Shown piece by piece: positions 13,488 to 25,834 of a stretch of DNA of 64,000 nucleotides. The notes under the pieces were generated by a model. That model did not search any database. It was not told where the DNA came from and was given only the letters and a program-made list of their open reading frames with translations. This DNA is from Geosiphon pyriformis uo1. Its lineage: Eukaryota; Fungi; Glomeromycota. Within the stretch, counting starts at the first letter, position 1, and the number at the start of each line of letters is the position of its first letter. The translations under genes and the position numbers were made by a program. The stretch spans positions 402,485 to 466,484 of the forward strand of contig JAAOMT010000213.1 of assembly GCA_016748015.1 (NCBI GenBank), in the 5' to 3' direction.

Positions 13488-15335
13488 TTACTTCTGTCTT
13501 AAATTCATACCTTCCTCTGTGAAAACTTGTCGCCAAATAATTTCTTGTACATAATTCGTTTCTTTATTGACATGACAATTTTGTTTGCAAGTGTATACAA
13601 GCAAAGTACCCCAATCGAGAGAATTAGGTTGGGTATGATCAATGTCTAAATAATTCAATAAAGTAGACAGGATCTATAATTGAAAAATGTATAAGGAATA
13701 TTTCAATTTTCGAGAAATCAACTTAAAAAAAAAGTGAAGAGATTTGCCTATAAATGCCTCACCTGAAATTCAAAAGTACGTGGTTGCCCACAATGCAAAC
13801 AGGGTTGGATGTCTTTAATCGTGGAAGGTTTACCATTTTCGCTAACCCATAGGGGTTCGGGCTCAGTTTTAAGTTCGGACTCAACACGGGCGTACCTTCA
13901 AGATTTATATTTATCAAGGTTTTAAAATTTTTCCTTATAAAAAATAAGACAAACTTACAAGTCATATTCATTCACCTTAAAACTTGATATGGATCTAACT
14001 GAATCTTCTTTTGAAATTTCAAAAATGCTCTATCAACCTCTACTTTGGATTTTTCGTAAGTTTCTTGAGATTCCTCGTATTCTTGGTCGCCAATGACGCT
14101 GGATTGATCCTTCTCTTAATAAATTATGATATCGGATAAGCAGTATTTGTGATTGATAACCAGGATTTCAGCACACAATCCCTACTTTTCTTCAAAAACG
14201 CCTTATCTACTTTATCCTTATCAATATCACCATTGATTTCTGGCTCGGATATAATTTCGTACTCTGGAAATAAGACTCTCTTCTGACACAGTATTTGAGT
14301 ATCCGATTCTATTGTAGATGAATCTCCCGATGAGGGTGTATTGCAATATTTCTTATGGTTCCCAGTATTCCAGTGCTCGATTTGATGATCCTTGGAGCAA
14401 TATTGGGGGATTTGACATTTTCCACAAGTTTCCGATCCGAGCAGACCACAGACAAAACATTGTTTGGCTTTTTAAATTAATGTAAAAAATAAGTTGCTCA
14501 GTTGGAAAATAATTTTAAATTTTTTTATAATTTCCAAATACCTGTTTCAAATGATTTAGACGAGTTGCCGTTTGATTTACCCTCTTTCTTCTTTCCACTT
14601 AAATTTTCGACCAGTAATTCTGAATCATTATCCGCTTTTGAATTTTTTTCCACATGTTCACCGGATTCTTTTTTTTGTGGGGTAGAGGGTAGTGATGGCC
14701 AATATGGGTTCTTTTTGGGTAGCTGGCTACGAAAAACCTTTAGACTATGATGAGGAAGATAACTTAGCATGTATTATTTTACTTCGTTCAAGGTATTAGT
14801 GTGACACAAAATTTTAAAATTATGGATATATAATGTGACACGTGATGCATAATTAAATTAATCAGATTAGAACTTAAAAACCTTTTTTGCCAAGATGTTT
14901 TGTGGCATGAACCCTTCTTGCAACAAAAGACATAAATCATTCTGTGATAAGCTTGAGATGGATGATCCTTGGGTGCATAAAGCTAAATGGATAATTAAAA
15001 GTTAGGAGTTTTCAGGGTTTACATAGAGAAACAAGATGTAATTTTTACCTGAGCCAATAGAATCATTGGACTCTTACAGACACCGCAAGTCACCTCCTCT
15101 GCGGACAAAATATACCTAGGGTTTAACCATGCCTTTGCAAAATACCCAAAATACACGATCAGAAAAATTTATTCTAAAGGAAGCTTTGACAAGATATTAA
15201 ATCGAAGAACTCAATTAGTTTCATTATGCTAACCGGTTTCCCTCCGATTTTGCTAGGAAATGTATCTGCTGTTAAAGGATATTCGGATGGCTCGGCAAAG
15301 CCTAGTTCTACGAGTGGTATCGAAGAAATTGACAT
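13488..15335 (-). CDS. PDCD2: PDCD2 / Zfrp8-like MYND zinc-finger protein (uS5 chaperone family; multi-exon)
   Basis: Starts MSISSIPLVELGFAEP...FPSKIGGKP. Has a MYND finger (CFVC...CGKC...YCSKDHQ..HW...HKKYC) and a PDCD2_C region DWGTLLVYTC...QEIIWRQ. Confidence 0.88.
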
Positions 15336-15729
15336 TTTGCCTTTCTGTTATTATATCCGAAGTTACTTTAAAAAATCAAGTCGTGATCGACTTTTTGTTT
15401 CCCGGTAACTGGAAATTGTATCACTTCCACGCGAGCACTAGATTTTTTACTCACATCAGTCTTACATCAACAAACAGGTTATTTTGATATCTCAACGTGG
15501 GAAACACCATAAAATTAATTGGGCCGATTGGACAACTGTGCTGCGCGTGCACAGATAATGATGTAACCTTTCTGGTTCCATTCAAAAAGTCACACCCGTA
15601 GTTGTGTATAATAATATTTAAATCACAAGGCGTTTCTTTTTTATCTTCGAGACTATAACTTTGACAGCCACTGTTTATTCTCTGCTTAAGAAAACTTCAA
15701 AGCACACTTCTAAAGAACTAAGTCTCAAT

Positions 15730-17102
15730 ATGACTATTGCAAAACTTATTCCCGACCAACAAACTGCTAGGGTTGTTCCCGTAGTAGTCAACCTTAACCA
15801 ACCCCAACCCGTTGTTGCTTTGCCTTCTATTAGACAAGCGAACGACGAAAACGAAGATGTTGAAAATTCTCAACAAATTAGACCTAAACGCTCCAAGAAA
15901 CGTAGGTTTTACTTTGAGCAAGATTTTCAACTTGATACAGTGTCACCCGGAAAGGACGGGAGCAGACGTCGGAATCGACATAATAATAGTAAGTTTGTCG
16001 TTTTATGAGGCAAGAGAAGGATATTTAATAGGGAGAATTTTTTATTTAGTTCAGTTAAGAGTGCTTAGTTTAATTATCTGGAATGCTTCAATAAATACAT
16101 TGCAAAAACAGCCTTGAATATGAATATGAATATTTATGCTTTTTTTGTCTGGTTGAAGCCGCAGAGGATTATAAAATATTCTGTCCTCGCGAAACATTGA
16201 TCAAATCCACTCCAATCCACCAATTCTCTTCCACCCAGACAACTTTACCCAGCATCCCTTCGCTGTTCTCGACCCTGCTGATCTCATGCCACCAGGTTAC
16301 GAGAACAGGTTGACAACTTTTCATTTTGTATACGATGCGGTTGTCGATCATCTTTGCATGGCTTTCGCAGATGGCCAGCTTGATCCTGGCAGTATTAACC
16401 TTAAGAAACATCGTCGCCAACCAGAGCAAATGTGTAAGCCATGCATCACGCGAGAAATGCGTAAGCGTCTAAAGAAGAGTCATCCAAAGGGTATTGTGAA
16501 GAAATACGAGGATGAGTTGATCTATTTTTTGGACCGAATGAATGACGATAATAATGTAGATCAGCCTTATTCACCAACTTCTGTTGAACGTCATGAAGAA
16601 TGGGTAATTGTCCATGAAGTAAAAAGAGGGGAATTGATTGCCAGTAACGTTGATCAAGAACATGATGGTGTGATTGTGGAAAAGCAAGCGGACATTGTGA
16701 ACATGTCCACTACCGATACTCCTTTAAGTGATGAGGAGGAGGAGAAGCATGTTAATTTCGCTACTCCTCGAGGAGTTTTTTTGGTTCTGGATATTGGGGA
16801 TAAATTTTCTCGCTGGGTGGTACATTTAATGTGCCGTTATTACAATTTATGGTCTTTTAGTAAGTAACCTTCAATTTCTCTCGGTTGCTGAGTTTTCTTT
16901 ATTGAATATTTGGTCTAATTTATGAAATTGATTTTTACTAACAGGTAAAGATATCCAAGAAGGAAAACGTTTAACATACGTTTGTCACCCCTCTTGTGAA
17001 TTAGAAGATATTGAACGTGGAGCTATCGTCAGGACAGGAAATAAGATTAGAAAGGAAATCAAATTGCCTGAAAAAACCTTCTTTGAGTATTTATATGTTT
17101 GA
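15730..17102 (+). CDS. R3H-domain protein, R3HDM4-like (3 exons)
   Basis: N-terminal GSRRRNRHNN motif (R3H-associated). C-terminal DKFSRWVVHLMCRYYNLWSFS|KD...GKRLTYV carries the R-x3-H motif. Confidence 0.7.
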
Positions 17103-17242
17103 GATTAAGTTGATAGCATGTAATATTGATTCCAACTCTTGAATTGGAATTTAAATCAATTTAATAGGATATTCAATTTAATGCTTTGGCCCTGAATTTT
17201 ATTAGTCATAATTAATTGAGAGATTTTTGTGTAGGAAATATT

Positions 17243-18176
17243 TCAATTTAAAAGTTTACGCAAAGCTTCGGGCATGAATACATTTAACCAAGAGATATAA
17301 TCGATAATTTTTGGGAAAATGCTCCATTCTTCACCACGTAAAGCTCCTTTCAAAATATGTTCTACAATTTCTTTAGGATCCACCATGAATTTACGCAAAG
17401 TCACAATTTCATCCAAATTACAAATTGTAACTCTAAGATTTTTTGCCAAACCCTGATATCTTAATTCCTCACGAAATCTATTAAAATACTGATGAATTGC
17501 ACTGTTACTGGTGTCATATAAATACGCTCTCTGAAGTGACGAATTACTATCGCCGCTCGATGACGTGATGATAATATTGGAACGTCGCGAGGTAGTAACC
17601 GTGATTGTTAATGGGGACGTGGTGGAAGAAATTGTGGTAATCGAGTCATTTGTCATATAGGGTAATGCCAAATGAGCCAATGTCGCATATCCCAAATAAT
17701 TGACTTCTGTCACACGACGTAAGGAAGCAACAATTTCTTGAGGTGCGTTGAAATCAATCGAGTCATTAGTCATGCAAATTGAATCATTCAAGATTAAGAT
17801 ATCAATTGTAGCGTCCGGAAAAAATTTCACTGAGCTATCAATGAGTAACTCGCAATTTTTTTGTGAGCCGGCATCAAAAACAATCTGTTTTACATATTGT
17901 GCACCGAGGTCGATACATCGTTTTGCAACTTTTGGAAGTTCTTCAGCGTTCGATGATGCAATAACTAAGTGAGATACTTGTTTGCCGGCGAGGTAATATG
18001 CAAATTGTTCTCCTATGATGCGTTTATTTTAATGTCGTCATCAGGTTTAGAATATTCATTGTCAATGATTATTCAAGATTTACAATTAAATGGTGAGATA
18101 TCTTAGGCAAATTACCCAATCCTTGGCAGGCGCCCGTTATAATGACGTTTTTTTCTTGGATAGAGGCAATAGACAT
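17243..18176 (-). CDS. Short-chain dehydrogenase/reductase, 11beta-HSD/DHRS7-like, with atypical active site (2 exons)
   Basis: MSIASIQEKNVIITGACQGLG|EQFAY gives the Rossmann TGxxxGxG motif, followed by EVNYLG. The catalytic YxxxK motif reads YDTSN. Confidence 0.8.
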
Positions 18177-18722
18177 ATCTTTAAACCAATAGTTCCAAAT
18201 CATGTTTTACAAAGGAACTCACTATCATTTTTGTTTAAAAAAAAGAATATCGGTTGTATGCCTGGGAACAAGAATTTTAATTCGACATTTATTTATTGAT
18301 ATAATATCTATCTGGTGATAATTATGACAAAGCAACACTTATCTAATCACGGAATCATATGAAATTACTCAGGCTGATAGAGATAGCTAAATTATATCAA
18401 TAGAGTTAAGCTTGAAGGAATATATGATTCTCCGAGTCGGCAAATTTTTAATAGGGTGGAATAAATTTATGCACAGCTCATATTTTGTTCTATGACGTCA
18501 GATGACTAATGGTTCCCTATGATATATCGAATCATTGTTTCTGTGTAAAAAATTAAATTTTATAAATATGTGCTTTTTTTTTTGCTTAAATTGTATGGGC
18601 TCTCGTATTTTGAAATATCCTATAAAAAACCACTTTTGCGTTCTAAAATAAAACATTAAAGCTATCACTGTGAACAATTCCTAAAAGTTGTAAAAACCTT
18701 AAAAGAAATTTACAAGAATAAA

Positions 18723-20333
18723 ATGACAAAAGTTAAAAAGAAAGCTGTGTTACTTGAAGAATCTGAACGTCAAATGTTACGTGCTGTCCAAGTACCTTTA
18801 AAGCATCGAATGGTCAAGATACCCAGAAATTTTATGGAGACCAAGACTATTGATGGAACGAAAGAAGCTCCTGGGGGGCATAACGATAAAAAAAAGAAGA
18901 CATACGAAATTAGTACCGTATCAACAGTAACCCATAACGCTGAAAATAAGCCTGTTGTTGTTCTCGTACATGGATGTATGTTGGCATATTCAAAATTATT
19001 GCTTTAAACATTTAAATTATAAAGTTTAAATGTGAGTCTAATTTTTTTTCTTTGATTTGAATTATGACATTAGGGGGTGGTGGTAAGAAATTTTTATTTA
19101 TATGTTTACTGAAGATTTGAGTTCTTGAAGTTTTCGCTAATTTTGAAAATTGGACTTGTGATAGGCAAAGGAATTTACGTTCAATCCTTTGACGATTTGG
19201 CTAAGGTAACTGAATTGCTCTATTATTTCATCTAAAATTCAAATTCGAGATTAACTCGAATTTATTCTTTCAGAACTTTCAAGTTCATGCAATTGATTTA
19301 TTAGGATGGGGTCGAAGTTCGAGGCCTAAATATAATTGTGGTGAAGACCCAAAGAAAGCACAAGAATGGTGGGTAGAGAGTTTGGAGGCTTGGAGGATTG
19401 CAATGGGAATTGAAAAATTTACTTTGGTAGGACACTCAATGGGCGGGTAAGTATCATTCTGGTTATAGTAAATATACATTCAAATATTCTTGCTCATTTC
19501 TCACCTTCAATTTACTAAACAGGTATGTTTCCGCTTCATATGCATTAAAATACAAGTCTAATCTTGTTAAACTTGTCCTCATATCCCCAATTGGTAAGTA
19601 GGAAAAATGATTTAAATAATAATGTGTTGTTTTTTTTTCCCATTTTGCTAATCTAAGACTAAACAACATTTTAAAAGGCCTCCAAGGATTCAAAATTGCA
19701 ACTGACTATAGCCCTCCATTCGGTCATCAACTATTACTAAATTCCCTATGGAATCTGACACCACAACGTATCGTAAGCATGCTACCACGTAAACGCATGA
19801 TCTCATTTATGGGAAATTTACGATCAGACTTGATCAACGCTTTCCCATATCCTGATAAGACAGTCATGTACTACTTTTATAATCTGGCCGTACAGACACC
19901 AATTTCTGGTGAAGTTGTATTTAAAAAGTTAGCAGTCCCATTTAAGGAATGGCGTTTACCCTTAAAAGATCAATTACATACTTTGGGTGATCTGCCAGTG
20001 CAGCTAATATATGGTGAGAATGATTGGATGGACCCTAATTTTAGTATTTCTGAGATCAAAGGAAAAAATCTGTTGCCCAACGCCAAAGGTAAATTTCTCG
20101 GTTTTCTAGAATATTTTCTTTTTCATGAGGTCAATACTAAATTAACGCTCTTTCGTTCAGTCTACATCCTTCCTGATTCTGGTCATCATGTGTACGCACA
20201 ACAACACGAAGACATAAATGAATTAATTGCGAACGGCGAGAAATCTTATCCCGAATGTCGGGTGAAGGAATTTGATCTAGAGTTAGATAAAAATTCAGGA
20301 GCACTTAAGCCACGATCGATAAGCATTGCATGA
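18723..20333 (+). CDS. Alpha/beta hydrolase, ABHD4/5 (Ict1/Cld1)-like (multi-exon, with a 9-nt microexon)
   Basis: Motifs [33 protein letters not shown]|YVS (GxSxG nucleophile), IYGENDWMD and SGHHVY. Confidence 0.88.
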
Positions 20334-20975
20334 GTGGGACTCTGAAATCCGGAAACGTAGATTTGACTAAGAAAGCAGCAATTTTGTACAAACCATCATA
20401 AATAATGTTTTTAGATTTAAATATTAAGATTTGTAGATTAAGCGAATTAAAATTGTAGATATTTCTCCATTAAGTTCGTTTTTAGATTAATAAAGCGAGA
20501 TCTGGTGTGAATACACCATAATAATATATAAAAGGTTCTATGTGAGTTTGAAGAAAAGTCGTTTTTTTTTAAATATCACCCACATTACGTCACAAAAAGA
20601 TTTCAAGGGCCCACCCAATTTTATTTTTGTTGTTTCTGCGACTTTGACTGGTTTTTGTTGCAGTATATCCCATATCAAGTCAATATTAAAAATCACGAGT
20701 CCATCAAAAGCAGATAGAATAAACGAAATATTTTTCGCGTCAAAATATATTAATAAAAAAAAATATATACAAAAGGAAGCGTTCTGCCTTTCTAAAACTA
20801 GTCTTCATTTGAGGAGTATTCATCTTGATTATCAATTTTTTCAATTCCACCAACTCAAAGAATGAATTATAGTTGTGCATAAAACTATTATTATAAGAAT
20901 AATCCTTGGGATTTTCATTTTTTAACATATATACAGCGTTTTTATTCACAATCAATTAATAATAAGTTTACAGAT

Positions 20976-22389
20976 TTATATATCAAAGAGCGCCGAGCTA
21001 AGACCCATGATTAAAACGCCCAAGAAAAAGAAGGTGTTCACGTGGAACCCACTTGATGTGTCGTTCTTGATTGCTTGTGGGAGCATTCCCTTTAGTAAAG
21101 TGGGAATGAAAAGGGATTAAGGTTAAAATAAGATTCAAATAAAAAATTCACATGAACCGATTTCGGTTACTCACTTGTATGACAATTATTGACATCAAGC
21201 CGCTCACACCGGCAAATAATCCTCCATAGATGGCATTTAAATCCCAATTGGCCAAATGACTTTCTCGAATAAACAGCCAGCCAACCAAAGCACCAAGCGG
21301 TTGACTAAGCCCCCCCATTAAACATGCGTATAGGAAACTTTTTATTCGTGATCTTGTCGCCATGTACAAAGGTAAAGTAATGGTGAAGCCTTCAGAAATG
21401 TTGTGTAATGCGATAGCGATAAATAGAGCAAAACCCAACGAGGGAGACGCTTCTGAAGTGATGTAGGTTATTAAGCCCTCTAAGAGCAAAAAAAATTATG
21501 AGATTAAAAGCCTTTCGAATTAGTTTTAAGAATAAAATCGTAGATTATATTAACCTGGAAATTTGTGAATTGATATGGCTATAGCTGATTGAATGCCTAT
21601 GCGCATCAGTTCCGTCTTATCCTCTTTGAAATTTTTCCGGGAAACTTTTGAAAAATTGTGGTGATGGTGGTGGTGGTGGTGGTGGTGGTGGTGATGGTGA
21701 GGATGAGGATGAGGGTGAGGGTGAGGGTGAGGACGAGGATGAGGAGGGAGAGGATTAGGATGATGCCCTATTTCATCAATTGTTCCAAAATTATAAAGAT
21801 TCTGAGCAGGCTTTATAAAAACGGAATGTGGACTGTTGCAACTTTCACCGTCGTCGTCCCCATTATGATGAAAAATTTTGCTTTCGTTTATGTGAGTGGG
21901 GGTGATATGATTATAACCCTTCATCTTTTTTACCAATAATGGAGACCGTTCATTGTCAAAATGTTGATTAGGATTCAGTGATGATGAACGTAACTGTCGC
22001 TCATTCACATAAGCCTCAGGTTGTTCATGTGTCAAGTAATTTTGTGTCATCATAGGCTGCTGAGAAGGAGTTGGATCTTGGACAGGAGTTTCAATATCAA
22101 TAATCTCAAGAAGCTCATCGACGTGAATTTCTGCAACGATGAAATAGTGAAGGGCACGATTAAGAATGGCGGATCCCGTTACACCCAGAAAATAAAACAC
22201 CAGAAGAAAGAGACCAGGGTATTTTTTAAAAGAATTCGAGGCTTCCATATAAGATTTTGCTTCAGGCAATAGATGGTACAGGCTTGAAAATAACTGTGAT
22301 GATACAGATAATCGATCGAGTTCAATCAAAATGTGAATACCAGTTTGAAGATTAAATATGCACAATTTGAGGAAGGGAATAACAATAAC

Positions 22390-22433
<44 letters not shown>

Positions 22434-22756
22434 CTACCAATACTCCTGAACCAAGAGACAAAGAGCCCACCAAAATTTTTTGATTCTGGACTACTTGTAT
22501 ATATCTCGTACAAATGAATTTTTGAAGAATCAAATCGGCAAATACAACTGACGCTAAATAGAGGTAAGAAATTTAGGTCATTATTACAGAAATCGATGAA
22601 GAGACGCGTAGTTAAGGATAACTTTGAACCAAACAACAGAAAATTCTTACCTCCAAGACAACATGCGAAACCGGAAGCGATAGCCAAAACCCATCCTTGC
22701 ACATTATTATTAAACTCAATTGGGTTACCGGTTGAAGGAGGGTAAGTATTGTTCAT
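20976..22756 (-). CDS. ZIP-family zinc transporter (Zrt3/ZupT-like) with a His/Pro-rich loop (multi-exon)
   Basis: Motifs LFSSLYHLLPEA, AISIHKFP|EG, AIALHNISEGF, SQPLGA and GMLPQA. A long (PH)n-(H)n loop precedes TM4. Confidence 0.92.
21657..21745 (-). repeat. CAC/CCTCAT coding repeats encoding PHPHPH...H-tract
   Basis: The plus strand shows (tgg)n and (tgaggg/tgagga)n runs within the ZIP loop. Confidence 0.9.
22381..22431. repeat. (AAT)n microsatellite inside a ZIP intron
   Basis: About 14 aat units lie in the predicted intron 22294-22437. Confidence 0.9.
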
Positions 22757-22976
22757 GTTTAGGTTGTTTAAGCCGATTAGTTGGACTTTCTTTTGATAGA
22801 TGGTTCTTTTTCTTTATTTCAAAAGGATAAGATTTAGAGGTGAAAAGTCATTAAAGATATATATATATATATATGAAAGTAAAAAAAATTTTTTTTTTTA
22901 TCTACAGACTTTGTAAAGAAAGTCACCTCTATTTAAAGAATTTATTTAGCCGATGAAAAAGAAAGGGGTAATAGAA

Positions 22977-23093
22977 ACCATGAAGGTACTCATCTCTTTT
23001 TAGAGATCCAATGAATTATACGATTAATTGGTTATTTGGGAGTACCTTACAGGTCATTGAAGTAATTGGGAGTACCTTACAGGTCATCGAAGA

Positions 23094-23128
<35 letters not shown>

Positions 23129-23598
23129 CATCATCGAAATGCAATATTTCATATGCGTTTTTAATCCAGAAATCCCATTCGAAAATTTTTTTTTGGCCCA
23201 CATGTAAAAAAATGATGAAATCCAAATTTTATGGATTGATGATTACGTGAATCATTAATAAAAGTAAATAAAAAATCATTTGTAAACACTCCCAAAGAAA
23301 AATCTATAATAGATTTTTTTGGGCAAAAAAAAATATTCAAAAAGAAAACTAAAAACTGATATCTTTTTTTTTGAGTAAAGGTAAAGAGAGTTCAAAGTTT
23401 CAAATTTTATGACTTTTTCACTTTTTATCAGTAGAATGATTTGTTTTATTTGTTATTATTTCCCAATAGAAAAGTTTTGGAGACAAGGATCGAACGAAAA
23501 AAGTTTTAAATTAATCACATGATTGCTTTCATTGTGATTTTTCCCGTAAAAATTTTTTTTTCTGCATACGATTTTCCGTTAAGGAGTACCTTACAAGT
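22977..23598. promoter_or_regulatory. Cluster of ZRE-like (ACCTTNAAGGT-type) sites upstream of the ZIP transporter
   Basis: ACCATGAAGGT at 22977, ACCTTACAGGT at 23044 and 23074, and ACCTTACAAGT at 23588. All share a GAGTACCTT half-site. Confidence 0.6.
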
Positions 23599-24908
23599 TA
23601 TCACTGATTTTATGTAGTCGACTATTACCATATTCGTTATTAATCTAGATACTTTGATGATTTAACCAAGATTTTTGTTTTTTTAGATGGGATTTTGTAC
23701 GTCATGATAGATGGTTGGTTGGTTAGTTAGTTAGTTAGTTGGTTAGGAAACATTGTTAAAAAAAAAGGTTAGAAATATTATCTAAAAAGAAATCGATAAA
23801 AAAATTTTTTTTTTTTTTAAATTATGAAAAACATGATAAATTAAAATTTTTTGCGTTACTCTCTTTGAATATTTTGGATTGGATTACCCATTTTAAAAAA
23901 CAAAGAATTGCAATTTTTTTTTTTTTCTTTGTTATTTCTCGAGAAACCTTTAAAAATTTATATAATTAGTATGAAAAATTGGATGTTCTTTTTGTTTGTT
24001 CGATCCGTTTAGATGAGTAATTATTACCTAAATAGATAAATTTTTTTAATTATATTAATTAAAAGACATACTAAAATTTGTTGATAAACAAAGGTTAATC
24101 GCAATAAAAATATTTGTTTGATGATTTCAAGTTTTTATTCAATTAGAAGAATTATTTCACAAAAAAATGATAATCTTGAATTGACCCTTTTTAAATAATT
24201 TTTTGGGTTGATTAAAAATGGTTTAATGGGGAAAATCTTTGGGTAATGTGTTAAATATGATAAATAAATAAATAAATAAATAAATATATATATATATATA
24301 TATTTATTTTTAATTTGAAAGGCGAAAGATTTGAGAAATAAAATTGTTTAGAACTATTTCAAAGGTTTTATTTTTTTTTTTTAAAAAAATTTTTAATACT
24401 AATCAATTGTGGTCTATCAGATTTAACCTAAAAAAGTTTTAATTAGACTTTATTTCAATAAATAACCCCAATATATGGGCGTTCAACTTTTAAAAAAATT
24501 AATTGAAACTATTTCAATATAACCTTGTTTCATTTACCGTTCTAATTAAAGCTTTTTTTTTTTTATTGAAAACTGATCGATTTCATTGAAAGAAAAAAGA
24601 AAAAAGAAATCCTCAAATTCTTTAGCGTTTTTTTTGTTTTTTTTTTTAATCAATGCTGATTGAAAAGATCTGGTTATAACAGTAAGTTAAAACAAAGATT
24701 AAAAAAATTTTTTTTTTTATCTCATTGATAAAATCTTTCAAAATCTAACTTACTATAAATCGTTTTTTTTTTCTCTTTTATTTATTTAATTAATTAATTA
24801 TTTTTTACAATAATATAAAATTAAAATTTTAATATATTATAAATAAGTATTATATAAAATTATAATTATAATTATTAAATATTACATTTATAATTAATAT
24901 AATATTAA

Positions 24909-24940
<32 letters not shown>

Positions 24941-25834
24941 ATTGTAATTTTCAAATAATATAAAATATTAATTAATAATTAATTTATAAAATATTTTTAT
25001 TTCTATTGTAAAAACAAAACAAAACAAAACAAAATAAATTCAAATTATATTTTAATATACATTTTTATTTAATTAAAAAATAATATTTATTATTATAAAA
25101 ATTAAATTATTATTATTATTATTATTTTTAAAACCAAATTAATTAATTTTTATAAAACTGTTTACAAAAAAATAAAATTTTTTAAATTATATTTATAAAA
25201 AAAAATAATTTAAATTTTGAAATTAAATACTTTAAATTAATTAAAATTTTTTTTAAAGTATAACAAAAAAACTTAAAAAAGTAAATGGTTAATTATGTAT
25301 AAAAAAATTCATAAACTACTTTAATCTATTATAGAACTTTATTTGTTATAAAATAAATAACAGTTGGATTACATTTTGTTAAAGCATTTAAATAATAAAT
25401 AACAATATTTAATGTTATTAAAAATGCTTTTTTTTATTTTAATATTTAAAAAAATATTAAAATAAAATATATAAAAAATTTAATTGTGTAGAAAAATTAA
25501 TAACAATATTTAATACTTTAATACTCTTTTAAACTTGTATTAGACTATATACATTTTTGTCTTTATAAATCTATCTTAGACATTTTGTTTACTTCATAAG
25601 TGTAAATTTTTACTAAAGCTAAAAAAATTAAAATTGTCTAAAAAAAACAAATATTAAAGAATATCTTTTCAAAATCGAAATAAAATACAATCTTATTATT
25701 ATTTTAATTAGTTCTGGTAACTGGAGTTTTATTTTTATTTTTTTATCAAAATTCAAAACGCAGATGAATTTTTAACACATCAATAATAAACAATACTAAG
25801 CATTTCTATGTAACGCCTATTATTTCCTGCATTG

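Noticed and set aside
23036-23095. 30-bp direct repeat resembling a mini CRISPR array
   Set aside because: There are only two abutting copies with no spacers, in a eukaryotic context. A duplicated ZRE-like promoter site explains it better.
23712-23746. (TTGG/TTAG)n run resembling telomeric repeats
   Set aside because: It is a short tetranucleotide microsatellite, not a TTAGGG array.
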